A DNA stretch of 60,276 bases, the filler included, from Stramenopiles sp. TOSAG23-6 (Eukaryota), in assembly GCA_900128565.1 (NCBI GenBank). It is 12 parts of 12 records of this genome, joined end to end, with 100 filler letters (N's around TTAATTAATTAA, not from the genome) between each part and the next. Parts side by side here need not be neighbours in the genome. Positions count along the whole stretch, not along the records: positions 35,281 to 40,204 come from LT637014.1; positions 40,305 to 45,227 come from LT637015.1; positions 45,328 to 50,247 come from LT637016.1; 9 more parts are not named here. One strand, given 5' to 3'. The notes under the pieces were generated by a model. That model saw nothing but the letters and a program-made list of their open reading frames with translations, did no database searches and was not told the origin of the DNA. This document shows positions 36,702 through 47,973 of the stretch, piece by piece. A program made the translations under genes and the position numbers. How positions within the stretch are numbered: position 1 is the first letter of the stretch; each line of letters begins with the position of its first letter.

Positions 36702-36786
36702 TAAAGCATTAATAAATGAAATGAAAAAAATAATAATTTCTTAATTTATTTCGAAACACGAAATTGGTGTACAATATTTTTGTTTC

Positions 36787-38688
36787 TCAATTCAATGACT
36801 GTTTGAAAGTATTTACTAATTTTATCTTTTCTGTGATTTGAATATTCGGATCACTAAGCTTTGCACATAGTATGTGTTTCATCTGAGTACTTTCATTTTC
36901 TTGATCAAAGTTTTTATATTTCTCCCTATCAATACCTAAGACATGATGAGCTTTATATATTCGTTCATCGCGTGATAAGGTATCATCTTGGAGAACATTA
37001 ACAAGTCTGCGTTTCTTACTGTCTCTATCAGAAAGTCCATTTAAGCAATCTTCTCTCTTTTCAATGCAATCAATTTCTTTATCCGCATCAAAACCATCCC
37101 AGTCACATGCATCTCTCATTGATTGACTTCTATAGGATTTACGTTGGGTGTTTATTATTTCTTTATCAAATTCCTCAATATCATCTCTGTTTGAATGTAA
37201 ACGCTCCAAAGCATTTTCTTTTTTCTCCCTCTTTTCTATTTCTGCTTTTTGTATGCGCTCCTGTCTCAATTTATGTTTTAATTGGGCATGTTGTTTTTTC
37301 ACAACAACACCAAGACTTTCCATTTCTTTTGAATCCCCAATAGCTTCAATGGCTTTATAGGATGCTTTTAATGCTTTGCTGTTTTGTGAAAGATAACGAA
37401 GGGAAAAGGCTCGCTTGTAGTATGCCTTGACGAGCAATTTGCGGAAAGTGGTTGCCAGGGGTATATGTGACGCTTTATCATCTACCACTGTCAATTGTTT
37501 GCGTTCAATATCTGCATTTAAAACACTAATTGCTGCATCACAAAATTGTAAAGCAACCTTTGCTTTCGATTCTTTTCGCGTTGCCTTCATCAATTTACCA
37601 TGACCAATTTTTTTTGATGGCATAGTTAATTCTTTGAGCTTGCATGTTGCAATATTTATTTCTAATGTAGCTACATAAATAGGATCAATATCTCCTTTCA
37701 TACCTAAAACATGGCCCGAATTTGATTTTCCGTCATTGTCCAAATTTCTCAGAGCCCGCAGAGCTGCATTGTACTCCTTGCCTGCTTTATCGAAACTTTT
37801 TGATAAAAAGAGATTCTCTGCAATGGACTTATGCTTTTTTGATTCCATTAATTCTTTTGAATCATGTTTAATATCCATTGTCTTCAGAGTTGATTTAGAA
37901 TTTTCATTTTTTTTTGTATTATTCATAGTCTTCAGAGTTGATTGAGTATTTTCATTCTTTTTTGTATTATTCATAGTCTTCAGAGTTGATTGAGAATTTT
38001 CATTATTACTCTTCTTCAATACTGTGCATTTACTCAAATTTGAATTAAATGATACTGACTTATTTGTGTTAAATGCATTTTTCACAGCTTCATCTATATG
38101 ACGAGCACAGCCTCTTTTACTCCAATTCTTATTTTCAGCAGTAGTTGTTGCCGGAGACTTTCTCATACTTTTCCTTTGAAACCATATTTTTTTGAAAAGT
38201 TTGAAACAAAAAATTATGATCAGAATACCACCGAATGTGAGTTTTATTATACTCCACTCTTCAGGACTTAAAGAAGATTTCTCGGGGTTAATTTTGGTTA
38301 AAATGGTGTACTGACCCATCACATAAATCCACCCAAAGCAAAGTGCTAATAAAGGTAGAATGTCAAAACACAACCCGAACAAAATTTTACAACTAATTGC
38401 ATAAAAATTTGAGAAAGTACAACTCTCTTTAATAAGTTTCAATTCAGAACGAAGCTGGTGTACAACTGCCCGCTTTGCCATGCCAAATACTGCACGTATG
38501 TCTGAAAAAAGTTTTCGAGGATGAAAGATTTCCGATAATGAATTTTTCGGGACTTTTCGACGTTTATCTGCAAGATGCTTTTTAAAATTACTTTGAAAAG
38601 TACTTTGAAAAGTACGGCGATGACTGTCTTCCCTAGTCTTTTCTTGTGCACTATCCTTTTTGCTTCTGTTTAAAAAACCACGTTTCAT
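36787..38688 (-). CDS. Membrane-anchored TPR protein
   Basis: Two hydrophobic segments. TPR motifs LEINIATCKLK and VKAYYKRA. Confidence 0.7.
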   Translation of the reverse strand: MKRGFLNRSKKDSAQEKTREDSHRRTFQSTFQSNFKKHLADKRRKVPKNSLSEIFHPRKLFSDIRAVFGMAKRAVVHQLRSELKLIKESCTFSNFYAISCKILFGLCFDILPLLALCFGWIYVMGQYTILTKINPEKSSLSPEEWSIIKLTFGGILIIIFCFKLFKKIWFQRKSMRKSPATTTAENKNWSKRGCARHIDEAVKNAFNTNKSVSFNSNLSKCTVLKKSNNENSQSTLKTMNNTKKNENTQSTLKTMNNTKKNENSKSTLKTMDIKHDSKELMESKKHKSIAENLFLSKSFDKAGKEYNAALRALRNLDNDGKSNSGHVLGMKGDIDPIYVATLEINIATCKLKELTMPSKKIGHGKLMKATRKESKAKVALQFCDAAISVLNADIERKQLTVVDDKASHIPLATTFRKLLVKAYYKRAFSLRYLSQNSKALKASYKAIEAIGDSKEMESLGVVVKKQHAQLKHKLRQERIQKAEIEKREKKENALERLHSNRDDIEEFDKEIINTQRKSYRSQSMRDACDWDGFDADKEIDCIEKREDCLNGLSDRDSKKRRLVNVLQDDTLSRDERIYKAHHVLGIDREKYKNFDQENESTQMKHILCAKLSDPNIQITEKIKLVNTFKQSLN

Positions 38689-38976
38689 TTGTACTCTAGT
38701 ACTTTGCCTTTGTACTCTGAGATTTGGACTCTTTTACTGTACTTAGTCTAGCTAGATTTCACCAAGTATATCCCCCGAGTAAATTTAACGGACAAAAATA
38801 ACTGATTTTTTGGAGAAGAAATTTTTGGTCGCGTGGTGACCACTTCGACTTGACTTCGCTTCTTTGTATTATTAACCTTTGTAGTAAACGCTAATCAATC
38901 ACTTCAAAATTATAAACAAAGAGGCTCAATCTTAAAGTACTTCAGCATAGAATAGCATTTTTGCGTCTTTATATAC

Positions 38977-39561
38977 ATGGCACAAATATCGGGTTTATTT
39001 TGTCATAGACCTGTATGCACAGCACCAATAGCTTCTCTTACCTGTTCTCAGAACACCGATGCACTTCGCACATGGGAAAACTCCACAGGTTCTCGAAAAA
39101 TAGGCTCTTCAACAATACTTGAAGCTCGCCGAAGTATACATCGCGATGTAAAGCGAAGGTCAACTTTTGCTTTCATTTTGATTTCTACTTGTTTTTCTCG
39201 TTTTTGTAAGGTCAAATCAATTAGTGCGAATAACGAAGTTTCAGACGTTGCAGCTGTGAATAAATCCCAAAAGTTTATTACAAACATTGAACAATTTTTA
39301 GCAGATATTGAAAAGTCTTCAAAAGGTGTAGCTGGATATGATTTTAGTTTAGAAAAAAATACACTCCGTGATATTCGTCGATACAAACAAAAAATTGCTA
39401 CCGAAGAAGCTCGACAGGCCGAACGAATGATCGATTGGAATGAACTCGATGTTGCGAATGGAGTACCGGGTGCAAAAACTTTGTCTCCAAAACAGCAAGA
39501 AAAACTACGAGATAGAGCGCGATTGATGGAGAGTGAGCTAAAAAAATTGTTGCAAAAATGA
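38977..39561 (+). CDS. Hypothetical protein
   Basis: 194-aa ATG ORF between AT-rich flanks. Confidence 0.55.
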   Translation: MAQISGLFCHRPVCTAPIASLTCSQNTDALRTWENSTGSRKIGSSTILEARRSIHRDVKRRSTFAFILISTCFSRFCKVKSISANNEVSDVAAVNKSQKFITNIEQFLADIEKSSKGVAGYDFSLEKNTLRDIRRYKQKIATEEARQAERMIDWNELDVANGVPGAKTLSPKQQEKLRDRARLMESELKKLLQK

Positions 39562-39751
39562 CGCGTCGCTATATCTAGTAATATAAAGATTAATTTCCTA
39601 TTATAAATTCATTTATTTGAACCAGACAAATACAGAAAGGTTCATTGTATTTTTTTTTTTTACTACGAAATTTCGTACCTAACAATTTTTTTATCAAAAA
39701 AAATATATTTACTCAATCAATTCTTAAAAAAAATTGAAACTATTTTGAAAT

Positions 39752-39899
39752 CTAGCTGATCCAGGCTCCTTGTTTTCTACCCAATCCAGGTTCCTTGTGA
39801 TCACCTAGCCTACTTAAATACAAATAAACATCCGTGCCAAAACCTTCTGATGATACCAAATCTAATTCTCCGCCAAAATATCTACAATAGACACGTGAT
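39752..39899 (-). CDS. Pyruvate dehydrogenase kinase family, terminal exon
   Basis: SRVYCRYFGGELDLVSSEGFGTDVYLYLSRLGD matches the PDK/BCKDK C-terminus. Confidence 0.85.
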
Positions 39900-40007
39900 A
39901 TGGATTATGAAAAAATATTTCAAAAAAAAAAAAACTTAAATTTGTTAGGTACAAAATTTTTATAAAAAAAAATCGATTTTTTTGTTAAAAAAAAAAATAA
40001 AACATAC

Positions 40008-40148
40008 ATCCTAGAGCCACATAAGTAGAAGCATTTCGAGGACATAATTCTCTTGCAGCATTATAATTAAAAGATGCCGCTTCATAATCTTTCAACTTGC
40101 GATAACTATGACCAAGGTTAACATATGTCGGTTCCCCAAATTTCACGT
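40008..40148 (-). CDS. APC6/CDC16-like TPR internal exon
   Basis: EPTYVNLGHSYRKLKDYEAA...PRNASTYVALG. Confidence 0.7.
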
Positions 40149-40304
40149 ATGTATTTTGGAAAAATATTTCAAAAAAAATCTAAAAAAATTTGTTAGGTAC
40201 AAAANNNNNNNNNNNNNNNNNNNNNNNNNNNNNNNNNNNNNNNNNNNNTTAATTAATTAANNNNNNNNNNNNNNNNNNNNNNNNNNNNNNNNNNNNNNNN
40301 NNNN

Positions 40305-40357
<53 letters not shown>

Positions 40358-40452
40358 TAATATTTTTGTTAGGTACAAAATTTCGTATGAAAAAAAAAAA
40401 AAAAAATTAAAAAACCAAAAAAAAAAAAAATTTTTAAAAAATGAAAACGTAC

Positions 40453-41210
40453 ATGTCAAATGGATTATTGCAAAGTGTGGAAAAACAACCAGCTAACATT
40501 CCACCCGTGAAAGATTCCAAGAGTGTCAGATTTCGTGTTGGATATTCACCTAGTAGGAGAACGCGATACTCTGACATCGCCATGTATTGTAAAAAAAAAA
40601 AAGTAGACAAATAAAAAAAAAATATTAGGTACAAAATTTCGTATGAAAACCAAAAAAAAAAAATAAATTTGAAATTCATGATGAAAACGTACATAAATCG
40701 TAGTCCTTGATTACTTGACTGTTTACAAATAGTCGCTCCAACTCCTTTATAAATTCCAGATATTCCTTCTCGTTTCACTATATTTATGGTCCCACGTATA
40801 ATTCCTGAATTACCATCAATAAGCCGAGTTTTTAGTGTTTCTACAGGAGTCACCGCAAAGACGGCTTCAAGAGCACCGGCGCACATTCCTGCCATTAAAG
40901 TTCTTGTTGTACTCCCTTTGGCTTCAAATAATTCTGAAATACTCGCAAAAGCTCCAAATCTAATACCAGCTTTGGGTAAACTACCCGCTAAAACAGGAGC
41001 CATCCCTCTATAAAACGTAAGAGGACCATATGTACGTAAAGTGTATGCGAAACATGAAGGAACTCCCGTAAAATTCGGTTGAACTACTTTATTTGACAAC
41101 TGAAGTTGTGTTTTGATAAACTCCATTGGCCAAACACAAACAGTTTCAATAGCACCGGCCGTACAACCTGCCAATGTAGCGACAACTTTATTTTTGGATT
41201 TCTTCACCAT
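40453..41210 (-). CDS. SLC25A1: Mitochondrial tricarboxylate (citrate) carrier, 3' partial; intron 40582-40692
   Basis: WPMEFIKTQLQL, GSLPKAGIRF, TPVETLKT, KQSSNQGLRF-M-AMSEY. Confidence 0.88.
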
Positions 41211-41515
41211 CTAAAATAGAATCGATATTATTTTGGTTGAGAGAGTAAAAAATGAAAGAGTATAAATTATTTCCTACAATATACCTAATTATAGAGAGAA
41301 TTCGTGTGAGTCGTGACGTCGCGAGTCGCGACTTGATTTGACTTCTTGTCTTTTTTTCGTGTCGTAAAAAACCGCAACGGTTGTTTTCCAACTTTCAACG
41401 AGACTTCTCGAGGTGTGTGTGTGCTACTACAACCATACTGTACAGTGAAGAATAATTGTGCGATTACTTTATTAGCCCCTGTAGAATTATATTTACGATT
41501 ATATTTGGCTTTGAC

Positions 41516-44500
41516 AATGGCTACACGTGCTTTACTAAGAGGTGCCAAGGGTAATACTTCAAGAAAATCGACAAAGAAGTCTTCATCGCGTGGCAAAAGC
41601 TTTAAACTTCGTGGTGTCCGGAGTACAAGTTTTATGGATTCCCCGGTGGATGCTGACTCTACTAGCACTGCAGTCACTGATGAAGATGGCCCAACACTAT
41701 TAAGACGAATACGTCGTGATATTAATTGTGTTACAGATCCATCACGTGCTACACGTCTTCGTGCTCTAAAAAAATTACACTCTGAGCTTATTAGTATACC
41801 AATTCGTCCACCAAAAGGATCATTACTTTATATTTTTGAAGAAGCGTTATTTCCTACGTTATTACATGCTTTGAGGGACAACTCTGAAAGTTGTCGTGAA
41901 ATGGCACTCACCATCATAACATACTTTGCTAAGAATATTACCGACGATAAAAGTAATATATTAATTGCTTTTATTCCACTACTTGTAGAACGAGTAGGTT
42001 CATCTCCATTTGTTGAACAATCCGAGGAGCTACGCTTACAACTGCTCTCACTTACTCGTGTTATAATATCTCATTCTTCCGTTTCAGATGGTAAAGTTAC
42101 AGAAGAGTTAGAATCTCTTGTAGTAATACTCTCTAGAATCTTATTAGATCCGTTTGCTGATGTAAAAAAAGAGGCACTAGAAATTATTTTAGTACGTTTT
42201 TTTTTTTAATTTCAAATTATACCTTTTTTTTTAATTGTTTTGGAATATTTTGTAAGAAAAACTAACAAATGGTACATTTGACATTATTCCTTCACAATGC
42301 ATATTCTTACAAGTTCAAAATCAAGTGCTTCAGCATTACACCTACACTTGGAAACATTGGTGAATCCAATACTTGTTAATTGTGAACATCAACATTCTGC
42401 TGTACGACGTGTATGTTTTTTTTTTTTGTTTTTTTTCGTACGAAATGTTGTACCTAACCAAATTTTTTTTTTTTTTTTTTTTTAAATATTTTCCAAAAAT
42501 ACAGTTAGCTTTACGGTCGTTAGGTAAAGTCAGTTCATGTGGGGGAGAAAGTCTATTCAAAATTATGGATGAGAACATCATTCCGATATTAAAAAAAATG
42601 AGATTTGATCATACGGTATCAGTACGTTGTACGGTAGCATCAATTGTTTGTGATTGGCTGTATCAACTACCTGGTCAATATCGTTTTGAATCCAAATTAG
42701 TTCCAATCATTCTTGCATTTATCGGTGATTCATCTCCAGAAGTGTCTATACTAGCAAAAGATTCATTGTCTGCAGCAACAAGAGTATTATATGAATTACA
42801 TATTAAAAATGAAAATGTTGGTCGAGGAAGGAGTCATACAAATCGAGATATGGATGATAATGTTGTAATGACGGATTGTACAGACAATGAGGATGGATTA
42901 GACAAACCTGCTTCGGAGTGTATCCCCACGAATGACGTCATTTCAACACCACAAGAATCTGTACAAAATAGTATGAATGATAATGATGTGTTATCAAATG
43001 ATACAAATCATCATTTACTCAAAAATTTGTCAGATATTTTACCTCTACCGTTTACTGAAAGGCCAGATGTATGTTTTTCATTCTTTTATTATTTCGTGTT
43101 TTTTTTTTTAAATTTTTTTTTAAAATTTTTTTTAAATTTTTTTAAAATTTTTTTAAATTTTTTTTTTGAGTATTTGTTCAAATATACCGTATTGTTCAAA
43201 TATTGTATTACCCATATACATTTTTCTTACAATTCAAGTTTTTAACCCTAACCCTCCACCAAAAATCAAAAAATAAAAAAAATTCAAGTTTTTAACCCTA
43301 ACCCTAATTGTATCCTATTGTTTATATCATATGGATTGACACGTGTTTTTATTAATCGATTGGCTCCTACAATTTTACCTGTGATATTTCAAGATATATC
43401 GAATTGGACATCTCAAATTCGAATTTGTGGTGTTTCACAATTAAGATCATTTTTAGTGTATAATGAAGAACATAGTACTGCACAGCTTGACCAAATTTTA
43501 GAGACGTTACGATCAGCCTCACTTGATGACGAAGGTGAAATTGCATGTATTTTTTTTTTTTTTTGAAATTTTTTTTTTTTGAAATTTTTTTTTTGAAATT
43601 TTTTTTTTGAAATTTTTTTTTTATAGGAAATTTTGTACCTAACAATTTTTTTTTAGATTTTTTAAATATTTTTCCAAAATATATCACTTGTAATGAATTG
43701 TGCAAAAATTTTTGGATATTTTGTTAATGTTGATGCTATATTACGTATAGTATTACCTTGGGCTTTGGGAGAGAATGGATTAACATCATCACGACAACGT
43801 TGTGGTGCTTTAGCTTGTACGTGTACACAACAACTTGAATTTCGAATTTATTTTTTTCAAAATTTTTTTTAAAATTTTTTTCAAAATTTTTTTTAAAATT
43901 TTTCAAAAATTTTTTTAAAATTATTTTTTCACAAATTGAAATGTATTGAAATATTTTCACATCGTATAGTACTCTCTGCAATTTTTGATGGTGTCGTAGA
44001 TTCTGTGACAAATCATCAATTGAAAATTACAGCTGAGACATTATTTAATCCAATTATATGTGCCAGTGAGGATTCTGAGGTCCATTGTTGGTTACTTGTT
44101 TTAGTTGATTCTTTATTGAAAGCATCATCAGTTCAAAAAATACAAAAAATACAAAAAATACAAAAAATACAAAAAATAGAAACTGAAAGCCTTCTTACAA
44201 AAGAGACAGTACCATCAGTAAGTGTAAGTGATGAACATAGTATTGTTACATCTGATATTCAATTTGCGTTGTTACGTGTATTATGTACGTTTTTATTATG
44301 ATTTTTTTTTTAATATTTTTATTTTATTTTTTCGTAGTTAATTTTGTACCTAACAAATTTTCAAAATTTTTTTGAAATATTTTTCCAAAAATACAGTACA
44401 ATTACGCGCAAATAATGTTAATGTCGATATACAACTTGATGCATTGACGAAAGCTTCGTCATATGAAAAACAATCTGCATTATTTTCGATTCATTTTATG

Positions 44501-45133
44501 CTACTTTTGCAAGAAGCTTCAAATCAACACGAAATATGGCAAAATAATTCACCTGGAAAATTATTATTTGACGCATTACTTCGATGTGCAGGCCCTGTTG
44601 TTGGTTTACATATTAGTCATGTATGTCTTTCATCTTGAACTTTTTTTCAAAATTTTTTTCAAATTTTTTTTCAAAATTTTTTCAAATTTTTTTTCAAATT
44701 TTTTTTCAAATTTTTTTTNCAANTTTTTTTCAATGATTTTTGTACCTAACAAAAAAAAATAAATCTTTCAATTATTTTCTCAAAATACATGTGTTAACAA
44801 TCTTTGTTGTTGTATTAGAACCATCCAAACCTGCGGATCTAAGATTGTCTTTATTAGCATTACTTGAAGTTTTGTTATCAGACGCAAATGTATGTTTTTT
44901 TTTTTTTTCAAATTCAAATTCAAATTTTTTTTTTTTTTTTTTGTTTCATACGAAATTTTGTACCTAACAAATTTTTTAAGATTTTTTTTTTAAATATTTT
45001 TCCAAAATACATGTAAATGCGGCTCTACGTCCTCATGCTCCTGCGATAGCTGAACATATTTTACTCCCTAATGCCACGTGGCGTGTTGGACGTGTGGAAG
45101 CAACAATACGTAAATTATCAATTGCTTGTCTAT
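41516..45133 (+). CDS. DNAAF5: Dynein axonemal assembly factor 5 (HEATR2)-like, 3' partial; introns 42192-42302, 42411-42504, 43069-43332, 43547-43684, 43817-43969, 44285-44396, 44621-44790, 44890-45012
   Basis: D.SESCRE.A, EQSEELRLQLL, LDPFADVK, HQHSAVR, ILLPNATWRVGRVEATIR. Continuous frame after removing the introns. Confidence 0.85.
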
Positions 45134-45328
45134 GTACGTTTTCATTATTTATTATTATTTTTTTTTTTTTGGTTTCATACGAAATTTTGTACCTAACGAT
45201 TTAAAAAAAAAAAAAAAAAAAAAAAAANNNNNNNNNNNNNNNNNNNNNNNNNNNNNNNNNNNNNNNNNNNNTTAATTAATTAANNNNNNNNNNNNNNNNN
45301 NNNNNNNNNNNNNNNNNNNNNNNNNNNT

Positions 45329-45592
45329 TCAACAAATGGGTGGACAAACCTGCTCAACACCTGTCCTGTTGAAAGTGATGGGCGAGTTTTACAATTATTC
45401 TCTACAGAGAACATATCGCCTATTTGTTGTTTCCGGGGAAATTATTATTGCGATGCAGGATGCCATCTTGAGAATTCTACAACCGTTATTTGGACTGTCA
45501 TAGGTATTGGAATTGTAGTGAATTATTTATATTTATACTTTGTTAAGCACATGTGTAATTATGAAATTCCTATTGATGTCAACATTGAGTAA
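45329..45592 (+). CDS. 3' end of a possible single-pass membrane protein
   Basis: Open frame from the contig start with Cys cluster and VIWTVIGIGIVVNYLYLYFV. Confidence 0.35.
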   Translation, partial: STNGWTNLLNTCPVESDGRVLQLFSTENISPICCFRGNYYCDAGCHLENSTTVIWTVIGIGIVVNYLYLYFVKHMCNYEIPIDVNIE

Positions 45593-45752
45593 AGGAAAGA
45601 AAATAAAGTATTTTTTATAGCTTTTTTATATCCGTTTTTTTTTCTTTTAGGTTTTAACGTATACACTATAATACTTCCTGTTTACATAGAATAACTCTAC
45701 TAACAAAGTAGTACACACAGTTACACTATTTTTTAAAAGTAAAGTCTTGAAA

Positions 45753-47899
45753 AATACTTGATGAATGCCTCCCCACACTGACGAGGTGACAGCGATGAAT
45801 GCAAAACAGTGGTTTCCAATTGATACTTCGTTAGATATTTATTCAGTAGCGAAATCATTTGGCAATCTAAAGACTTGTACACATAAACTGAAGGATGATG
45901 TACGAGTGAAAGAACGGACATTTTGGAACGTTAAACTTTGTAAGTTTGTTAGCCCGAGTAGATTTAAAGTTATCATTGAATATGATAGACAGAGATATCT
46001 CGAACTTAAACTGAAAGAAAAGAAATCGCAGTGGATTCTTGTAGACATAAAAGTTAACTGTGCTTATCCAATAGTTGGTGTAATACATGAACAGAATCTC
46101 AGTAGTTCTACAGTTAAACATTCAGATACTACAATATACTCCGCTGCTGGAATACCAAAGAATACATCAGCTAATAATATCTTTGCAAACAGCAACGAAA
46201 ACCACCTCAAAGGTGGAAACTCTTTTCTTTTAGATAAGACAGTAGTCAACGATTTTCTAACCGTACATGAAGAAGAAACTCTAAGGAAAGTATTTGTAAA
46301 AGTCGCAAATAACGCCAACAACAAGTCTTATATCCACGAAACAGAACTCAAAATTCCAGCTACAGATATTGGTACCGTTTTCGACATTTCAGAAGTTGAA
46401 CTGCAAGATGCCGAAAGAGTATGCTAAAGTTATTTTGTCGGGTTAGATTAGAAAGTAAATCTGGTTCTTTTCACATGACTGTCAAAGAGTTAATAGAGGT
46501 ATTTAACTCGCACGATGAGGATTTAACTGGTAGATTAAATTCTAAACAAATACATAAAGTATTAGAAATGCTTCAACTAATAAGTAGCAGTGATGAAATT
46601 CAGGAAATATTGAAAGTGATGAATATAGAAAATGAAGATGAAATTTGTTTTGAGGAATTTATGACTTTATGTAATACACTATATAGAAAACGAGGAGGGA
46701 GTATTGTTGCAAATAAATCTAGTCATTGTTCATTTTTGCAAACGAGAAGTATGGTTGAAAATATTCGCTCAAAAGTTGAACGTCACTCTCTTTTGATATC
46801 GAATTTACAAAATGAATTATATAATTATGACGAGCAAATATCGGTGATGAATACTATTGAACAACATTCTGCTGTACAAACAGCAATAAGGCATTCTGAA
46901 AACGAACATAAGGAAATGATTGAACTAAGGAATCAAATGATTTCTGAACATGTATGTTTTATTTTTTTTCAAATTCCAATTTGTTTTTAGTACGAAAATT
47001 TGTACCTAATAACAAAATGTTTGTAATATTTTTCTAAAATACATGTTTGTAGAGATTTGAAGCAAATTCATGGAAAAGAAACTCATGATATAAACATGAA
47101 GATTTCATTTGTAAAAGATCAGACGAAAGCCGCAGAGAAAGACGTTGTGTTTGCAGAAAATGCTTATAAAAGTAATTATGCTGTAGCTGTCAAAGAAGTG
47201 AAACAAATTCAACAGTCTCTAGAAGATATTGAAAAGTTTACAATAGATACTGTTGAAGCAATTGAACAAGACAAAACACGTAGTGATCAATTAGGTAGAC
47301 TTGGAAAACAGCGTTTTTCTTTATATCGCGAAGGTCGAGTCGGTACAACATATAATCCTACTGTGTACAATTCCGCTGATGCAATACAAACATTTCTAAA
47401 GTCGAAAACATCTGCATTAGAAGATTGGCTACTATCTCGAACTAAATTTTCCAAAGAGGATAGAGAACGATATTTACTTCGTGTAAAGGAGGCGACAGGC
47501 TGCGGAGAGGAATTTGAGGAGAATATAGAAATACTAAATAGTCAATTACAGACTCTTGCTAAAACCCTCGATGATAAAAAGTCTTCGGTAGAGGAAGAAG
47601 AAATTAGAAATGTGTCACTAAAACAAAATCTTTTGAAAATTAAACAGAAGGAATATGATGAAGCTGAAGCTCAAGATCTTTCCCGAAGAATAAGTACAAT
47701 TCAAGACAAAATTACTTCAGTGCAAAAAGAAAGGATGGAATTGATGCGAACTATTATACCAAAGGAACACCAAATACATCTTAATAGGAAACAAGTAAAT
47801 TTACTTCAGATTGAATTAGGTGAACTTAAGGTTATCATGGATTCACTTTTTCCACATGATGATGTTATAAAACGCAGTAGCAAATCACAAATAAATTAA
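45753..47899 (+). CDS. EF-hand + coiled-coil protein; apparent frameshift near 46420; intron 46952-47044
   Basis: DEDLTGRLN and NIENEDEICFEEF EF loops. ISEH|VCRDLKQ joined by a GT...AT intron. Confidence 0.65.
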
Positions 47900-47973
47900 A
47901 AAATTGATTAGATATTATATTGATCTACTCCCAACTATAAAAGACCGTTTTTAAAAAATATTTTATTTTTCAT

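Noticed and set aside
46400-46440. Programmed frameshifting or alternative genetic code (also near 18880, 48760, 50060)
   Set aside because: Isolated indels without a shared motif in an assembly with ambiguous bases. TAA and TGA end conserved genes normally and long ORFs show no in-frame stops.
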